A DNA stretch of 64,000 bases from Rhynchocyon petersi (GCA_043290085.1 CM091795.1:422025137-422089136); one strand, 5' to 3'; positions 50,961-64,000 are shown, numbered from the stretch's first letter. Numbers and translations: made by a program. Notes: generated by a model from the sequence alone, not told the origin.

Positions 50961-53040
50961 GAATTAGCTGCACAGCTTCTTTGTCCGGAGACAGAACTCG
51001 ATTTAAAAACTGTTCCTAGCTCTTCTGCTTCCTCTATCCTCATTGAAGGTAAACTAAGCCTCCTAACTCGGCCTCCCAGTGCAACGTGCCTTGGGAGAAG
51101 GGCTGAGAAGACACTTGGATATAGGTTCTGTCTTTGTCAGCGCCCGTGTCTGAGGGAGCATTCCTGATAAAATATGCCAGTTGGTAAATGTGAGCGTTTT
51201 CTTCGTGTGTAAATTGGCGTGTCACAATTGTAAACGCTCCATGACTTGTCGAGCCGCTGGCGTGGCCTCGTGGTGAGGAGCCCACGGCTCCACTCGGCCT
51301 AATCTAGTCTCACCCGAGCCAGTCGCTCTGCGGGAGAAAAAGAGTGGCGTCAACTCCCCTGTGTGATACGCCGCCTCCGGAAACCCGCGGGAGGGTCAGC
51401 TATGAGTCGGTCACGACTCCACGGTGCCCCTATCAGCTCAGCGCATGACTTGTCAGGTGACGCTGCGTGCTGTAGGATTCACGATGATGATGGGGCCGTC
51501 GCAGCTGGCCCTCCCGAGGGTTTCCAGAGGCAGCATGTCGCACGGGAGTTGACGCCGCTCTTTCTCCTGTGGAGCAGCTGGCAGATTCGAACCCTGTATC
51601 TTTGTGGTGGCAGGGCAGCTTCTTACCCCGAGGCCACGAGCGACTATAAACAACAGGTTTGAGCCTTGCCTTGCCCTACCGCGCTCCATCCTTACGATCT
51701 CTGATGTACTCAAGCCCATTATTACAGTAACGGTGTCAGTCCATTTCATTGAGGATCATCCTCTCTTTCTCTGACCCTTCTTCACCTTTCTCTGCATGTT
51801 ATTTTGCAAGGACTGGGACCCTCCTGAAAACATACCCCCAAAATGTGAGACCAAGCCTCACCATCCTTTCCTTTAAGAAGCAAACTGGTTTCACTTCCTC
51901 CAAGACATTTTTTTGTTCTTTTGGCAGTCTATCATACATTTAATACTCTGCCAGCATCACAATTCAGAGGCATCAATTCTCCTGTTGTCCTTATTCATTG
52001 TCAAACTTTCAGATACATGGAAAACAATTCAAAATACCACGGTTTGGAGCAGGCACACTTTAGTCTTTATACTGCCATCCTTGGTCTTCAGCACTTTGGA
52101 GATGTCCATGAAAGGAGATTTTCCCAATGCACATATTATATTGTGGCCCTGTTTGAGTTAGTACAATTCTAACATGAGTGGCTACTACAGTAAAAAGTAA
52201 ATTAACCAGTAGAATTTATTTCTTTTCGCAAATACATTAAGTAGGAGCATAGCAGTGGATAGCATTCACATTAATAGATGAATAATGTTGACTGAAAAAA
52301 ATCCCACTTTTTTGCAGATTTCAGGGTACATAAGGACCAATTACTTGAATGAAGTAGGCTAGTTTCTATCTACTTCTAGCAGGGCTGCTGCTCTTTTCAA
52401 AGAAGACTACACAAGTGAAAAATCTGAGAAATCATAGCAAAAAATGGAGAATCTGAACATTCAACTTAAAATGCTTTGCACTAAAGAATGGCAGAAATCA
52501 GTGCCTAGACTTACTGTATCTGCTAAGTGTGAAATGTGGGACTGAAAAGTTGTAACAAATTATGAATGGATAATAAATTTGGATTTTGTTTAGGCTCCAG
52601 GGCTGTTCATAGGGTTGCTATGAGTTGTCCATGACTTGATGGCTCATAACAACAGGACAGGGGCAAAAATTAACTGATTTAAATTTTACTTGTTAGAACC
52701 ATTAAAAATTGTTCCTAAACTTTTTCCCCTCAATGTGCATATTTTTTTATCTTAGTAGATAAGAAACCACCTGTCTTTATCTTTTTCTCTAGAAAATTAT
52801 TTTTGAGCTTTTGTTGTGGTTTGCACAGAGAAAGAATGGGTTTAATAATACTATACATCAATATTGATAATAAAAATATGAAAATAATAAAATGTGATAA
52901 TTTCACCATGCAGATTTAATTTTTTAGAAGTTCATGGATTTGGTTTGAAACTTTCATTTTCACTGTAGTTTGACATACTTGCTCTTTTTATTTATTTCTC
53001 TAGGATTCTTTTCAGCATCTGGAGACTTAAGTCTTTCATT

Positions 53041-53337
53041 ATGTCTTTGTGTGAAGATATGCTGCTGTGTAATTATCGAAAGTGTCGAATTAAACTTTCT
53101 GGTTATGCATGGGTTACTGCCTGCTCTCATATCTTCTGTGATCAGCACGGCAGTGGTGAGTTTAGTCGCTCTCCAGCTATCTGCCCTGCATGTAACAGTA
53201 CCCTTTCTGGAAAGCTAGATATTGTCCGCACAGAACTCAGCCCATCAGAGGAATACAAGGCCATGGTGTTGGCAGGACTGCGACCAGAGATTGTGTTAGA
53301 TATCAGTTCTCGAGCACTGGCCTTCTGGACATATCAG
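53041..53337 (+). CDS. CCNB1IP1: CCNB1IP1 first coding exon. It carries the RING domain and encodes aa 1-99. A probable acceptor lies at ~53003 (ttctctag|G).
   Basis: Translates as MSLCEDMLLCNYRKCRIKLSGYAWVTACSHIFCDQHGSGEFSRSPAICPACNSTLSGKLDIVRTELSPSEEYKAMVLAGLRPEIVLDISSRALAFWTYQ. This is identical to human HEI10 residues 1-99. Donor is cag|GTTAGT at 53338. Confidence 0.95.
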
Positions 53338-56101
53338 GTTAGTACTGAAGTTAGTTTCTCTGGATAGTCTGACTTGAAGCATATGTGGAAGCTTCCAATA
53401 TTTTTCTTCATTGTTACATGAATGTATGAAAAGTTCTTTGTAATAGTTGTATTTTTTTTTTATGAAACTAATGTTGAAAATCCAAAGGCAAAAAATTTTA
53501 AAACTACCCATAATTTTACCCCTTAGAGATGACTGTGATAATATTTTTGTCTGTATGCTATTAGGCCTTTTCTGTGCATAAATATTTGTAGCTACACAAA
53601 AACCAAAATAATACCATACTTATTATTCTTATGAGTAGTTAAAGTTTATTATTAATTATTATGAATACAGAGAGCTCTGGCAGCCTAGTCTGTAGGGAGT
53701 TTCCTTGCTAACCCAAAGGTGATGCCTTTCTGGCAGTTCGAAACCACCTTCTACTCCATGGGAAAAAGAGGGGCAACCTCATCCTGTGTGATTCACAGCC
53801 TCAGAAACCCAATGGAGGTTCAACTATGAGTGAGTGCTGACTCATTGGCATTAAGTTATAAGTCAATATAAATATTGTTTTAAAATGTAAATATTTTGAA
53901 ATAATAATTTAAATGGTTACATTGTATTTTAGTTGTTTAGTGTTGCTATAACAGACATGTCACAAGTGGATGATTTCAACATAGGTCTATTTTCTTGTAT
54001 TAGAGGGGGCTAGATACCAAAATTCAGGGTGCCAACTATAGAAGGCTTTTTCTTTCTTGGTTCTGAAGGAGGCCCTTGTTTTCTTCTTCATTGTCTGTAA
54101 ATGTAGCATTCCTTGGAGATCTCCATAAAGTTCTGACTTTCTCCTGTGTCGTGGCACTTTCCAGCACATGGACCTTTGTCCAAAGGATGTGCTGTGCTCC
54201 TGGTTTTCTTTCTTGGTAGTGCTAGAGGGAGTAGTAATACTTTCTGTTGGCTTCCTTTCTTTTTAGCAACCACGAGACAAAAGGTGTTAAGGATATTCCC
54301 AGGACAGCCCCTTTCATCTTTCTCCATCACATTACAGCCAAGAAAACCCTATAAGACAGTTTTACTTTCAAATACTTAGGAACATTGTGAGTTAGAGTTG
54401 AGCCAGTATCAGTGGGCTTGGCTTGATTTATTTCTGTGTATTGAACTTAGTGTTTTAAAAGGAAATTGAGTAGCTTAAAGCAGCACATATTTATTATCCT
54501 TTAGTTTTGTGTGCTTAGTTGGGTCCTCTGTTCAGATCAGGATCCCACAAGGCTGTAGTTAACATGTTGATTAGACTGGAGTCCCATATGAAATTGTACT
54601 GGGAAGTTTCTCTACTTCTAAACTTAGGTGGTGGCAGGCAGCTGTGTTACTTATTTACTGTTGCTAGAACAGAAATACTACAAATGGATGGATCTAACAA
54701 ACAGAAATATCTTTTCTCTTGTTTTAAAGGAGTCTGTGGGCTAGTGGTGAAAGAGCTGCGCTGCAAGCCCAAAGGCACGTGGTTCAAACCTGCCAGCTGC
54801 TCCGCAGGAGAAAGAGTGGTTTCTACTTCTGTGTGAGATACCACCTCCGGAAACCCTCGGGAGGGTCACTATGAGTCGTTCACGACTCGACGGTACACCA
54901 CCACCACCAGACATATAAATTCAGGACAACAACTCTAGAGATCCACTCTTGCCACTTTGGTGTAAAGTCCTTGACTCTTTCCCACATCTGTGGGCTTGGC
55001 TTCCTTGGAGCTCTCCATGTATCTTGCCATCAATATTTTCCTTGGTGTAGGAAGTCCATAGCTCAGGGACCTTGGTCTGATGGATGCATTCTGATCCCAG
55101 CTGTTCTTCCTTGGTGGTACTGAGAAACCCCTCTCTGCTTATTTGTTTAATCTGTTCTATATCTCAAAAAAGGTTGACTGAAGATACAATTTAATCCTTA
55201 GATTAGATCCTGTCTTTTTTTTTTTCATAATCTTGTCACCTTCTTACTGTAACTGCCTCTAATCTTGCATTAACATCATGTTGTTTTATGCCATCGAGTC
55301 AAGAACAACTCATAGAGACCCTATGAACAGCAGACCTGAAACACACCCTATCCTGTGCGATTCTCATCATCTCTTACACACTTGCACCCATCACTGCAGT
55401 TACTGTGTCTATCCATCTAGTCCAGGGTCTGCCTCTCTTTTTCTCTGTGCCTCCACCTTTACAAACACGATGTTCCTTTCCAGGGACTGGCTTCTCCTCA
55501 TTAACATCATAGAGGCTAAGATTTACAACATATCACAATGGAAGGATCATCAAACTATAAGGAGAATCATGACCTAGCACATACTATGGGGAGACACAGT
55601 TCTGTCTATAGCATCTTGTAAAACAAATTTTAGTTTAATACAATCATCAAGTAACATTCCATCACCGTTGCTATATTCTAGTCACAGGTCCTGTCTACAT
55701 TCAAGGGAAGAGGATGGGCAATGGTGTGAGTTCCAGGAGGCAGGGATAATTGAGTCTGTTTTCCATGCTATGATTACTTGAAAAATGAAATGTAATTCTT
55801 AAAAGCTTTGTCACTTGTTAAGGTAAGAAAAGTGATAGCTATTTTTTTGTGTGTGGTATAATAGTAATGGTTTAAGACTAATCCTCCAGGAAATTATCTG
55901 TGCTTTGCTGACATACTATTTTCTATATTAATCAATTAATCATTTTATTGTGTACCACAATGCTTCTTAACCTAGTTCTAAATGTTAAAGTAATAATTTC
56001 CTAATAATGTAAGCATCTTTCCTTTTATTTTCTGATTTTATAAAGTCTACTGTATGTTACTTTGTAATGATTACTTTAAAAATCTTTTCTATCGTGGATA
56101 G

Positions 56102-56435
56102 GTACACCAGGAACGTCTTTACCAAGAATACAATTTCAGCAAGGCAGAGAGTCATCTGAAACAGATGGAGAAAATCTATACTCAGCAAATACAGAGCAAA
56201 GATGTAGAATTGACTTCTATGAAAGGGGAGGTCACCTCCATGAAGAAAGTGCTAGAAGAATATAAGAAAAAGTTCAGTGACATCTCAGAGAAACTTATGG
56301 AACGAAATCGCCAGTATCAAAAACTCCAGGGCCTCTATGATAGCCTTAGGCTACGAAATATCACTATTGCTAACCAAGAAGGTAGCCTTGAACCATCCAT
56401 GGTTGCACAGTCTGGTGTTTTTAACTTCCCATTAG
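56102..56435 (+). CDS. CCNB1IP1: CCNB1IP1 second coding exon. It encodes VHQERLYQEYNFSKAESHLKQMEKIYTQQIQSKDVELTSMKGEVTSMKKVLEEYKKKFSDISEKLMERNRQYQKLQGLYDSLRLRNITIANQEGSLEPSMVAQSGVFNFPL(G).
   Basis: Acceptor is ttttctatcgtggatag|GTACACC. Donor is ttag|GTGAGA at 56436. It aligns over its full length with the human HEI10 coiled-coil region. Confidence 0.95.
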
Positions 56436-57419
56436 GTGAGAAAGGACATTCCTGTATCTATTCTTTAAATCAGTGATTTTCATATTGTGCTCTGCAGAGT
56501 TCCAAGCTCTCAGAGAACCTCCAAGTACTCGGGATGGTAAGAGGGTCTATGTTTCTCATACTTCTCTTAACCTGTTCATGCTTTTTAAAATTTTTGTTTA
56601 TATTTAAGCTAAATCTAAAGTTTGTGAAGTATAACTTAAAATGAAAAGCTGTTTAATTTCAGTAACAATAATAATATTGGTGTTTATAGGCCAGCATTTT
56701 TATGAATATTTAAAATATATGCATCTAATTTTAATAACTTTGTGTATTATTATTATTATTAGACTTAGTTTTAAAGATAGGAAAATGGGTCACAGAAACG
56801 TTAAGTGATTTGGTTACGTTAACAGGGCCCACCCTATTTGCTATCTTTTTAGAAGGTCATGTTTGGTTTTTTTGCACAGTGATACTGACTCAGAGTTCTA
56901 AAGTTATTGTTGCTTGTTTGGATGGTTTTGTTCATAATTCATTTATCCATTCATCAAATATTTATCAAACATGTTTCAAGCATTTCAGGTTGCTGGGCTC
57001 AGTATTACTCAGAGAATCTAGGATGATATTGGATCCTTTATGCCTGCTAGTTTACTTGGAGGAGCTCTGGTGGCCTAGTGGTAAGGAGCTGCAATCCAAA
57101 GGCAAACAGTTTGAATCCCTCTTCCAGTGTGATTTACAGCTTCTGAAAATCCTCTAGAGTGTCAGCTATGAGTTGGTTCCGACTCCATGGCACTTAACAA
57201 CAACAGTGTATTTGGCAGACAGAGTGAATCTTACACCATCCCTGATGTCTCTCTTTTATGCTACTCTTGGTGAATCCAATGTGCTTTTGGCATACAAGAG
57301 AAAAGATAAAAACGGAGAAAAAGAAATTTGATGGAATAGGGACCAATAAAATATATGAAGTGATGAGATACAGTGATGAGATAAGGAATATTAGATGTAA
57401 GAATCAAAACAAAACTCAA

Positions 57420-57640
57420 ATTTTTGCTTAACTTTCAGTTTATACTAGTATATATTAGATTTTGCATACTGTATATTCTATATATTAGAATGTATATATT
57501 ATTACATATTAATATGTATATTACTAATCAGTGCATATATCAATATAATGTATAATTAGTGTATTATTAACATAATGCATATATTATCCATTATAATTTA
57601 ATCTTAGTGTTATTGTCAGTGGACATTGTAGATGGTCTCT
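57420..57640. repeat. AT-rich imperfect tandem or low-complexity repeat (tatatta/gtatatta units) in a CCNB1IP1 intron.
   Basis: Sequence reads atatattagattttgcatactgtatattctatatattagaatgtatatattattacatattaatatgtatattactaatcagtgcatatatcaatataatgtataattagtgtattattaacataatgcatatattatcc. Confidence 0.7.
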
Positions 57641-58105
57641 TTCTTGTCAAAACGATGACATAAATTCTAGGTCTATTAAAAAGACATATCTCTGGTCAGT
57701 GACTTTGGTGATAAAGGTCATAGCTATCACTGTAGACTGCGTCACTAAAGGTGCAGTGCATATTGTGGTTGGGGTGAAAATGGGGGAGGAATAATTGTAG
57801 TCTTTTACTTTATACAACATTCGACCTAACAAAGCAATGATTTTGAGGATGACACAGGACTGGGCAGTATTTCCCTCTCCTGCAGTGCAGCTTCTTACCA
57901 CTAGGCCACCAGCGCTCTGGATATAGGGTTACTGAGGAGGCCCTGACTTGAGAAGAGACAGTCTGTTTCACCCATGACTTTCACAGGAATTGAGTTATGT
58001 AAAAAAAAAAAGAATTCATTGAATGACTTTGGTTTTTGTTTTTTTCTTCTGAAGATCTATAAGGAAATAGATACTTAAGTTCTTCCTTACTATTTTTTAC
58101 CCCAG

Positions 58106-58308
58106 GGAACAGCTCCAAGTTTCGTTTGGATGGTACACCAGTTCAAAATCGGGGCGGTGGAGGTGGAGATTTTCAATTCAGACCATTTTTTGTGGGTTCT
58201 CCCACACCACCTGAACCAAGCAACACTTTTTTTAATTTTGCCTCTCCAAGTCGTGAATTAGAGAAACAGCAAGTCTCTAGTAGAGCATTCAAAGTAAAGA
58301 GAGTTTAG
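58106..58308 (+). CDS. CCNB1IP1: CCNB1IP1 last coding exon. It encodes (G)NSSKFRLDGTPVQNRGGGGDFQFRPFFVGSPTPPEPSNTFFNFASPSRELEKQQVSSRAFKVKRV*. The 3'UTR runs to about 58990, with AATAAA at 58970-58975.
   Basis: Acceptor is ttttttaccccag|GGAACAG. Stop TAG is at 58306-58308. The summed CDS is 277 aa, the same length as human CCNB1IP1. It is homologous to human ...FQFRPFFAGSPTAPEPSNSFFSFVSPSRELEQQQVSSRAFKVKRI. Confidence 0.93.
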
Positions 58309-61300
58309 CTGACTTTGTGTTTGTGTTAAGTTCATGTAACAATCATTGCTGTAGACCAGAGTTGCCAACCTCCTTGTACTATGAAGTCTTTGAAGTTTTC
58401 TTCTTCTTTTTAATTTATAAGAAGCTCATTGGTTGTGGGGAATGGTTTTTAAAGCATAATTTCTTCTCCTATTTTTATTATTTAAAGTACGAGAGTTATT
58501 TTGATTATTTCAATTTCATAGTGAGTTGTTGAGTTTTCACAAATATCTATGACCTAAGTTGATCTATTGAGTGCCTCACAGATTACTTCTGACTGAGCCA
58601 AATATTTCTTTATATGTTTATAAGTATTTGTTACATATCTCTTTAGGTTCTGGTATTTAAGTATACACTCACTCATGTGTTTATTTATACTTATATTTTG
58701 CTGTATTTACTGTACCTTAAAGTTAAAATGATAAGAGAGAAAGGGCTAATGTGAAAATTTAGGTTTTGAAAATTGAGAATGAGTCTGTGGCTTATTATTT
58801 ATATATTTTAATTTTAATTTGTGTGCATTTGTGTATTTGCCCTTGTATTAACTTGTTTGAAAGTTATGTGTGAAAATATAGTTTGGTACATATATGTCTT
58901 GTTTCTATTTTAAGTTTATATCATTTCATATTGATAAAGCTATTTTGTGGTTTTGGACATTTATTTTACAATAAATTTGCTTCTTTATATTTTTGACAGA
59001 TGTAAGTTTTGGTTTACGTGTTTAGGAATACACATTGATAGCAAAAAGTTACTAATAGGTGATTTATATAAAGAGGTTATATTAATTAAAAGAATTCTAA
59101 AAGATTTGTTCTTTTTAAAAAAAATTTAGTTGTGAGCATTTATGATAAACCATCATATAAAATTCTTTTGATTCCTTGACTTCTGTCATCTTGGGTGTTG
59201 ATTGTGGATCCAAGTAAAATGTAATTGTTGACAACTTAAATCTTTTCTCTATATGTTGTGGTGGTCCTATGGTGAGGATATTTGTTTTCTTGATGTTGGT
59301 GTATAAACGATATCTAAGGCTACAGTTTTTGATCTTTTTTCAGTAAGCTTTAAAGTATTCTTCTCTTTCTGCAAACAAAGTTGTGTTAGCTCCATAAAGC
59401 AGGTTTTCCATGAATCTCCCTCCAATCCATTAACCTATGTACATTGTGCATTAACTAGTGGTGAAGGAGCTGCGCTGCCATCTCAAAGAAAGGCACAAGG
59501 TTCAAATCCGCCAGCTGCTCCGTGGGAGAAAGAGTGGCTTCCACTCCCATGTGAGATACTGCCTCCGGAAGCCCTCGGGAGGGTCACTATGAGTCGTTCA
59601 TGACGCCATGGTACCCCACCACCACCATCCAGTAAGGGAGCTATGGTGGCCACTATAGTGGTAAGTAGCTGTGCTGCAACCTCAGAGGCTTGCAGTTTGA
59701 ATCCACCAGCTGCCCCGCAGGAGAAAGAGTGGTGTCAATTTCTGTGCAATTTAATTCCTTTGTAAACCTTCTGGAGCATCAGCTATGAGTCAGTCACTAC
59801 TCAACGGTACCTAACAACATCAACCATCCAGTAAGTTGTTAAGTACCATTGAGTCAGAACTGACTCATACCTGTCCCCTCTAGCAGGTTTTCAGAGGCAG
59901 TAAATCACACTGGAGTAGATTGCCCATCTTTCTTTTGGAGCAGCTAGCAGATTTGAACTGGATGCCTGTGGGTTGGCAACACAGCTCCTTACCAGTAGGC
60001 CACCAAAGATCCCTAGCAGCCACATAAATTTCCACAGTCTGTTGGATCACTTTTTTAAAAAATGCGAACCAATATGGATTTCTTCTGGTCAGTTGGCCAG
60101 GTAACTGTCTCCCAAATTTGTTGGGATATAGTCTGGTGAGCACGTGTAAGGATGTGCAACTGAAGTTGAAGTAGTGAGAACCTGGTGTCTTTTAATACTT
60201 ATGCAGTAGTGGGAAACTGGCTTCTTTTCTTTTAATAAATACACTGTAGCAGTTTAAAGTAGCAATTTGCATGACTTTAGGTAAGAAAGTAAAATAGATG
60301 GAATAATAGGAGACAAAAAAGACATCCTGCTTAGAAAAGCAGTAGGGGGTCTGCAAAAGAGGAATACTAACAGGAAGATGCATTAATACAGTGACTGTGT
60401 CAGTGGGCTCAAATATATTAGAGATGATGAGAATGGCACAGGGTAGAACAAGATTCAGATCTGTTTATAGGGTTGCTGTGAGTTGTGATTGACTCCTTGG
60501 CACCTAACAACATTTCCTCAATAAATACTAACGTCTCACAATACTCTAAGCTAGAAGTAAAACTACTGCTTTTTCCATAACACTTTAGAAGCAAGAAACT
60601 TTCCTCTCTTCGTTTCAAGCTAGCAGAAGTAATTGATTGACTTCCTAACATTTCAAGGTTGTTTACCCGTTTGCTAAGCAATTTGAAAGAATTTGTTAGT
60701 TTGTCCTAACCAGCAATGTGCAGCTGGAATGTACTCCCCTTAACATCTACATCCTGTATCTGGGAGGTACTTTGCTTTTTGGTTATAAAACAGTGAATAG
60801 CACTAGTTATCTTGGATCTTTGACAAAGCTGGGTCTACTTGCCTGAAATTTTCACCACGCCTGAACATCTGGACAAGAAAAGATACTGTGGGAATTCTCA
60901 TTGTCTGACGCTTCCACTGTTAAGACCACATAGCCTTTAAGAAGGGAGAAGTAGATTCAGGAAGCTCAAATCCCCTGTCATTTGAATTCATATCAAAAAA
61001 ATGTCTGCTTTTTTCACTCTGAATCCTGTCTCCCAGATTGGGTTGACTGTAGGCGGCAGAACCATGTTTCTCTGGTAACGGCTTGATCTTTTTCCTGAGA
61101 CGTTTCTATTGGTATTCCATCAATTTCTGGGGATTTATTTTTGCCAGTACCTTCAGTGGTAAGGAGCTGCGCTTCCAACCCAAAGGCATACAGTTCGAAT
61201 CTACCAGCTGCTCTGAGGGAGAAAGAGTGCCGTCAACTCCCATGAAATTTGATGCCTCTGAAGACCACTGGAGGGTCAGCTATGAGTTGGTGACAACTCG

Positions 61301-64000
61301 ACGATACCCATCATCAGTGCAGCTTGGATGACTTCTTTCAATGCTATTTGCTCTTGGGAGAAAGACTGGGAAATGTAGTGGGTCAATGAAAGAGGAAGAT
61401 CATCAGTGAGATGGATTGATGTGACTACAGAGTTAGTTTTGAGCATGATGGAGATAGGATAGCACAGGACAGGGCAAGGTCCTGATATATTATTGTTCAC
61501 ATGGTGAGAATTAACCACAGTTGTTCACATGGTGAGTATTAGCTGCAGTTGACTGAATATCACCTACCAATACAACAAATCATAGAGAGTTGATTAAAAA
61601 GAAAAAGCCAAGAAAGAAAGTTGAAGAGTAACTTATGTCTCACTAGATGCAAGGTTTGAAAGGATACTGATTGAAAGGGAATAACTATATTCTCAATGTG
61701 TTTTTTGTATTACTTCAATGTGTTATATAACTTAACTTTATCTTTCTGGACTTTATTTTCTATGTATTTTGGTTGTGTTCCATTGTGTTGTAAATAACTT
61801 ATAGTTGATTCTCCAGGAGATTTTCAGTAAATCACATGGGAGGAAGATTGCCCATCTTTCCCCTGCTCAGCAACTGGTGAATTTGAATGAAGTGCTTTTG
61901 GGTTGGCAGCACAACTTCTTAGTCTCTATCTATAGCTATATAAAATGAGAAGTTGATTTATTTTACCCTTAGATCCCTTTCTGCTTAAATTCTTTGATTG
62001 AAAATTGCAATGAAAAACAAAAGATAAAAACCCCATAAACCAAAAAAACCCAGAAGAAAATTGCAATGAAGTTACAATGAATGCCAAATTCATTGCTTTT
62101 TTAGTAATAAAATAATACCAAAATTGCTTGAAGATATTTTATTTTGGCATTGTAGTAAAGCAAGTGAATATCTCTGCTTTGTATACTTGAACAAGTTTCT
62201 AATGAAACTTTATTCAAGTTGTGGTGGTTATGTGCTATGGAGTTAGAACCAACCCATAGCTGACCTCAAGTGGGTTTTCAGAGGTTGTGAATTGCCTGGT
62301 AGGAGATAGTCTCTTTCTCTCATGAAGCTGCTGGTGGATTCAAACTGCCTGCTTTTGGATCGGCAGCACAACTCTACTAGGCCACTGAGAGGTCCTTTTA
62401 TGAGAGGTATAGAGTATAAAACCTACTCAATTTTTATTTTTACTATACCTAAATACTTTTTGGTACAGTAACTGTATTCCTTTAATCTTCTTTTGATTCT
62501 GTTCATTTCCTTTTGCCATCATTCAAGATTTTACCCATGGCATCCTTCAATGTTGCAACTTGAGCCTTGAATTTGTGTTTCATTTCTTTCAGCTTGAAAC
62601 CTGCTGAGTAAGTCCTCCCCCTTTTTGTTTTATAACTCCAGCTCTTTGCACATTTTATTACAATACTTTGTCTTATTGAGTTGCTCATTGGGATCTTCTG
62701 TTCCTCATCTCTTTTACTTCAGTATTTCTTCTTTCTTTTGCTCTTGATGATCTAATGCAATTTCCAGCGTGTCTTCAGATATCCATTTTGGTCTTCCCCC
62801 CCCCTTTCTTTGTAATGACCTTTTGCTTTCTTTATGGATGTTGTCTTTGATGTCATCCCACAACTGATCTGGTCTTCCATAATCAGCGTTCAATGCCTCA
62901 AACCTGTTCTTGAGATTGGGTTTTTTTCCCCAACAAAGTTATAAAACACAGTTACTATATTGATTTCTTACAACCATGTACTGCCACTCAGCATTGTGTC
63001 CACTTACACATCATTAAAAACAGAAGTATGTTTCCTTGGCATTTTTAAATGATGCATTAAACAAAAAGTTAGAACTTAAAATGCACCCTGATTAGTTCTA
63101 TAAACCTGTAAATGGATTTTTTTCTTTTTTTTTTAAAGAGCATTAACTAGTAGTTTGGTTTCTTTCTTCATAAAATGGAAATTACGTATTTCTCCTGATA
63201 GTCTTGAGGTTATCATTCTGTTAAGAGTAGAGCAAAGTATGGCACACAGTTTCTTCTGGAAAGGTATGTTCCTTATACACCTTATCAAACGAGCTGCACT
63301 TGACCATGAGACACACCATTCATGCATAATAGAGAGCATCTTTCATACTTACCGGGCAGAGGAAATATCATGATCAAGAAGATGATTTTTCCAGGGCGAG
63401 GCTCACCCGTTGGTGTACTGCTCCCTGCAATTTCCCCAAATGCGGGAAACTCGACTGCATAATTTGTGGTAATGGGGGCTGTGTGCATGCTATCCTCTTA
63501 GAAAAAAGAAAAAAAAAAAAGCATCTTTCAAATCCAAGGCAACCCCTCAGGTGATCATATAATATCGGTTTGCATTATCATTTATGGCATTATAGATTAA
63601 CTACATTTAATGTACTTTTATACATTTTAACCCTGACGATAAGAAAATTGTTTCTTGAAAAAAATAATTCCAGGTAACTATTTGGATTGTATCTGGAGAA
63701 AGTGGACTTCCAAGAACTTGTGGAGATTGTTTTTTAATTCAGGTGGGATAGACTGAAGGTCATGTTTTAGTTCTTGTGCATGATTTGTTTTCATTTTCTT
63801 CAGCTTCAGTTTGACTTCACACATGAGTAGTTCATAGTCTGTTCCACATTCAGTGCCTGCTTGGATTTGACTGCTGATATTGACCTTGATACAGAGTCAC
63901 TATACAGAAAGTGACTGACACAGAACCATTTTAGGAAGTAGCATATGATCAAGAGCCAGTGGTTAAGAAGGAAGATGTTCAAGCTTCACTGAAGGCATTG

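Noticed and set aside
50455-51285. A cluster of 60-100-aa overlapping ORFs on both strands.
   Set aside because: They lie in a CpG island, overlap each other in different frames and show no protein-like composition. They are interpreted as a promoter or 5' exon region, not CDS.
56810-57157. A 115-aa plus-strand ORF in the CCNB1IP1 intron between coding exons 2 and 3.
   Set aside because: Its 3' half runs into an AfroSINE (ggaggagctctggtggcctagtggtaaggagctgcaatccaaaggcaa). It has no splice-phase compatibility with the flanking exons and no similarity to HEI10.
63155-63373. A 72-aa plus-strand ORF overlapping the candidate minus-strand exon.
   Set aside because: It has no splice signals in the plus orientation and low-complexity content. 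The minus-strand reading has the better acceptor and donor, and it is reported only as a low-confidence finding.

Overview
This window is mammalian nuclear DNA from an afrotherian (elephant-like) genome, not prokaryotic sequence. About two-thirds of it is interspersed repeats: tRNA-derived AfroSINEs with RTE-type tails, many RTE/BovB-class non-LTR retrotransposons (two young copies still carry long reverse-transcriptase ORFs), and 3'-end LINE-1 fragments. No operon-like or defence-system architecture is present.

The window contains a conserved gene block that, read in reverse, is syntenic with human chr14q11.2:
- PARP2, on the minus strand. Seven 5' coding exons were resolved by hand, from the start codon at 8588-8590 down to the exon at 572-674. 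The rest of the gene runs off the left edge of the window.
- RPPH1, the RNase P H1 RNA, at 8831-9170 on the plus strand. It is divergently arranged with PARP2, about 240 bp away, with a compact type-3 pol III promoter (CRE, octamer, PSE, TATA) that is near-identical to the human H1 promoter.
- CCNB1IP1 (HEI10), on the plus strand. The complete 277-aa CDS lies in three exons (53041-53337, 56102-56435, 58106-58308) with a polyA signal at 58970.

The CCNB1IP1 transcription unit appears to be enlarged by transposable elements. Two CpG islands are candidate 5' exons or promoters, at 26.45-26.9 kb and 50.45-50.96 kb. Its introns host a well-formed C/D-box snoRNA at 36648-36723, the positional equivalent of SNORD126. 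They also host two ribosomal-protein retropseudogenes, RPS12 (37.8-38.3 kb) and RPS4X (39.5-40.4 kb, with a single frameshift).

Other points of interest:
- The PARP2 exon 3 acceptor corresponds to the short human isoform only.
- A ~250-bp segment is duplicated inside the PARP2 introns.
- An L1 is nested inside an RTE.
- A candidate minus-strand exon with strong splice signals lies at the right edge of the window.

All of this is from reading the sequence and ORF track by eye. No database search was run.
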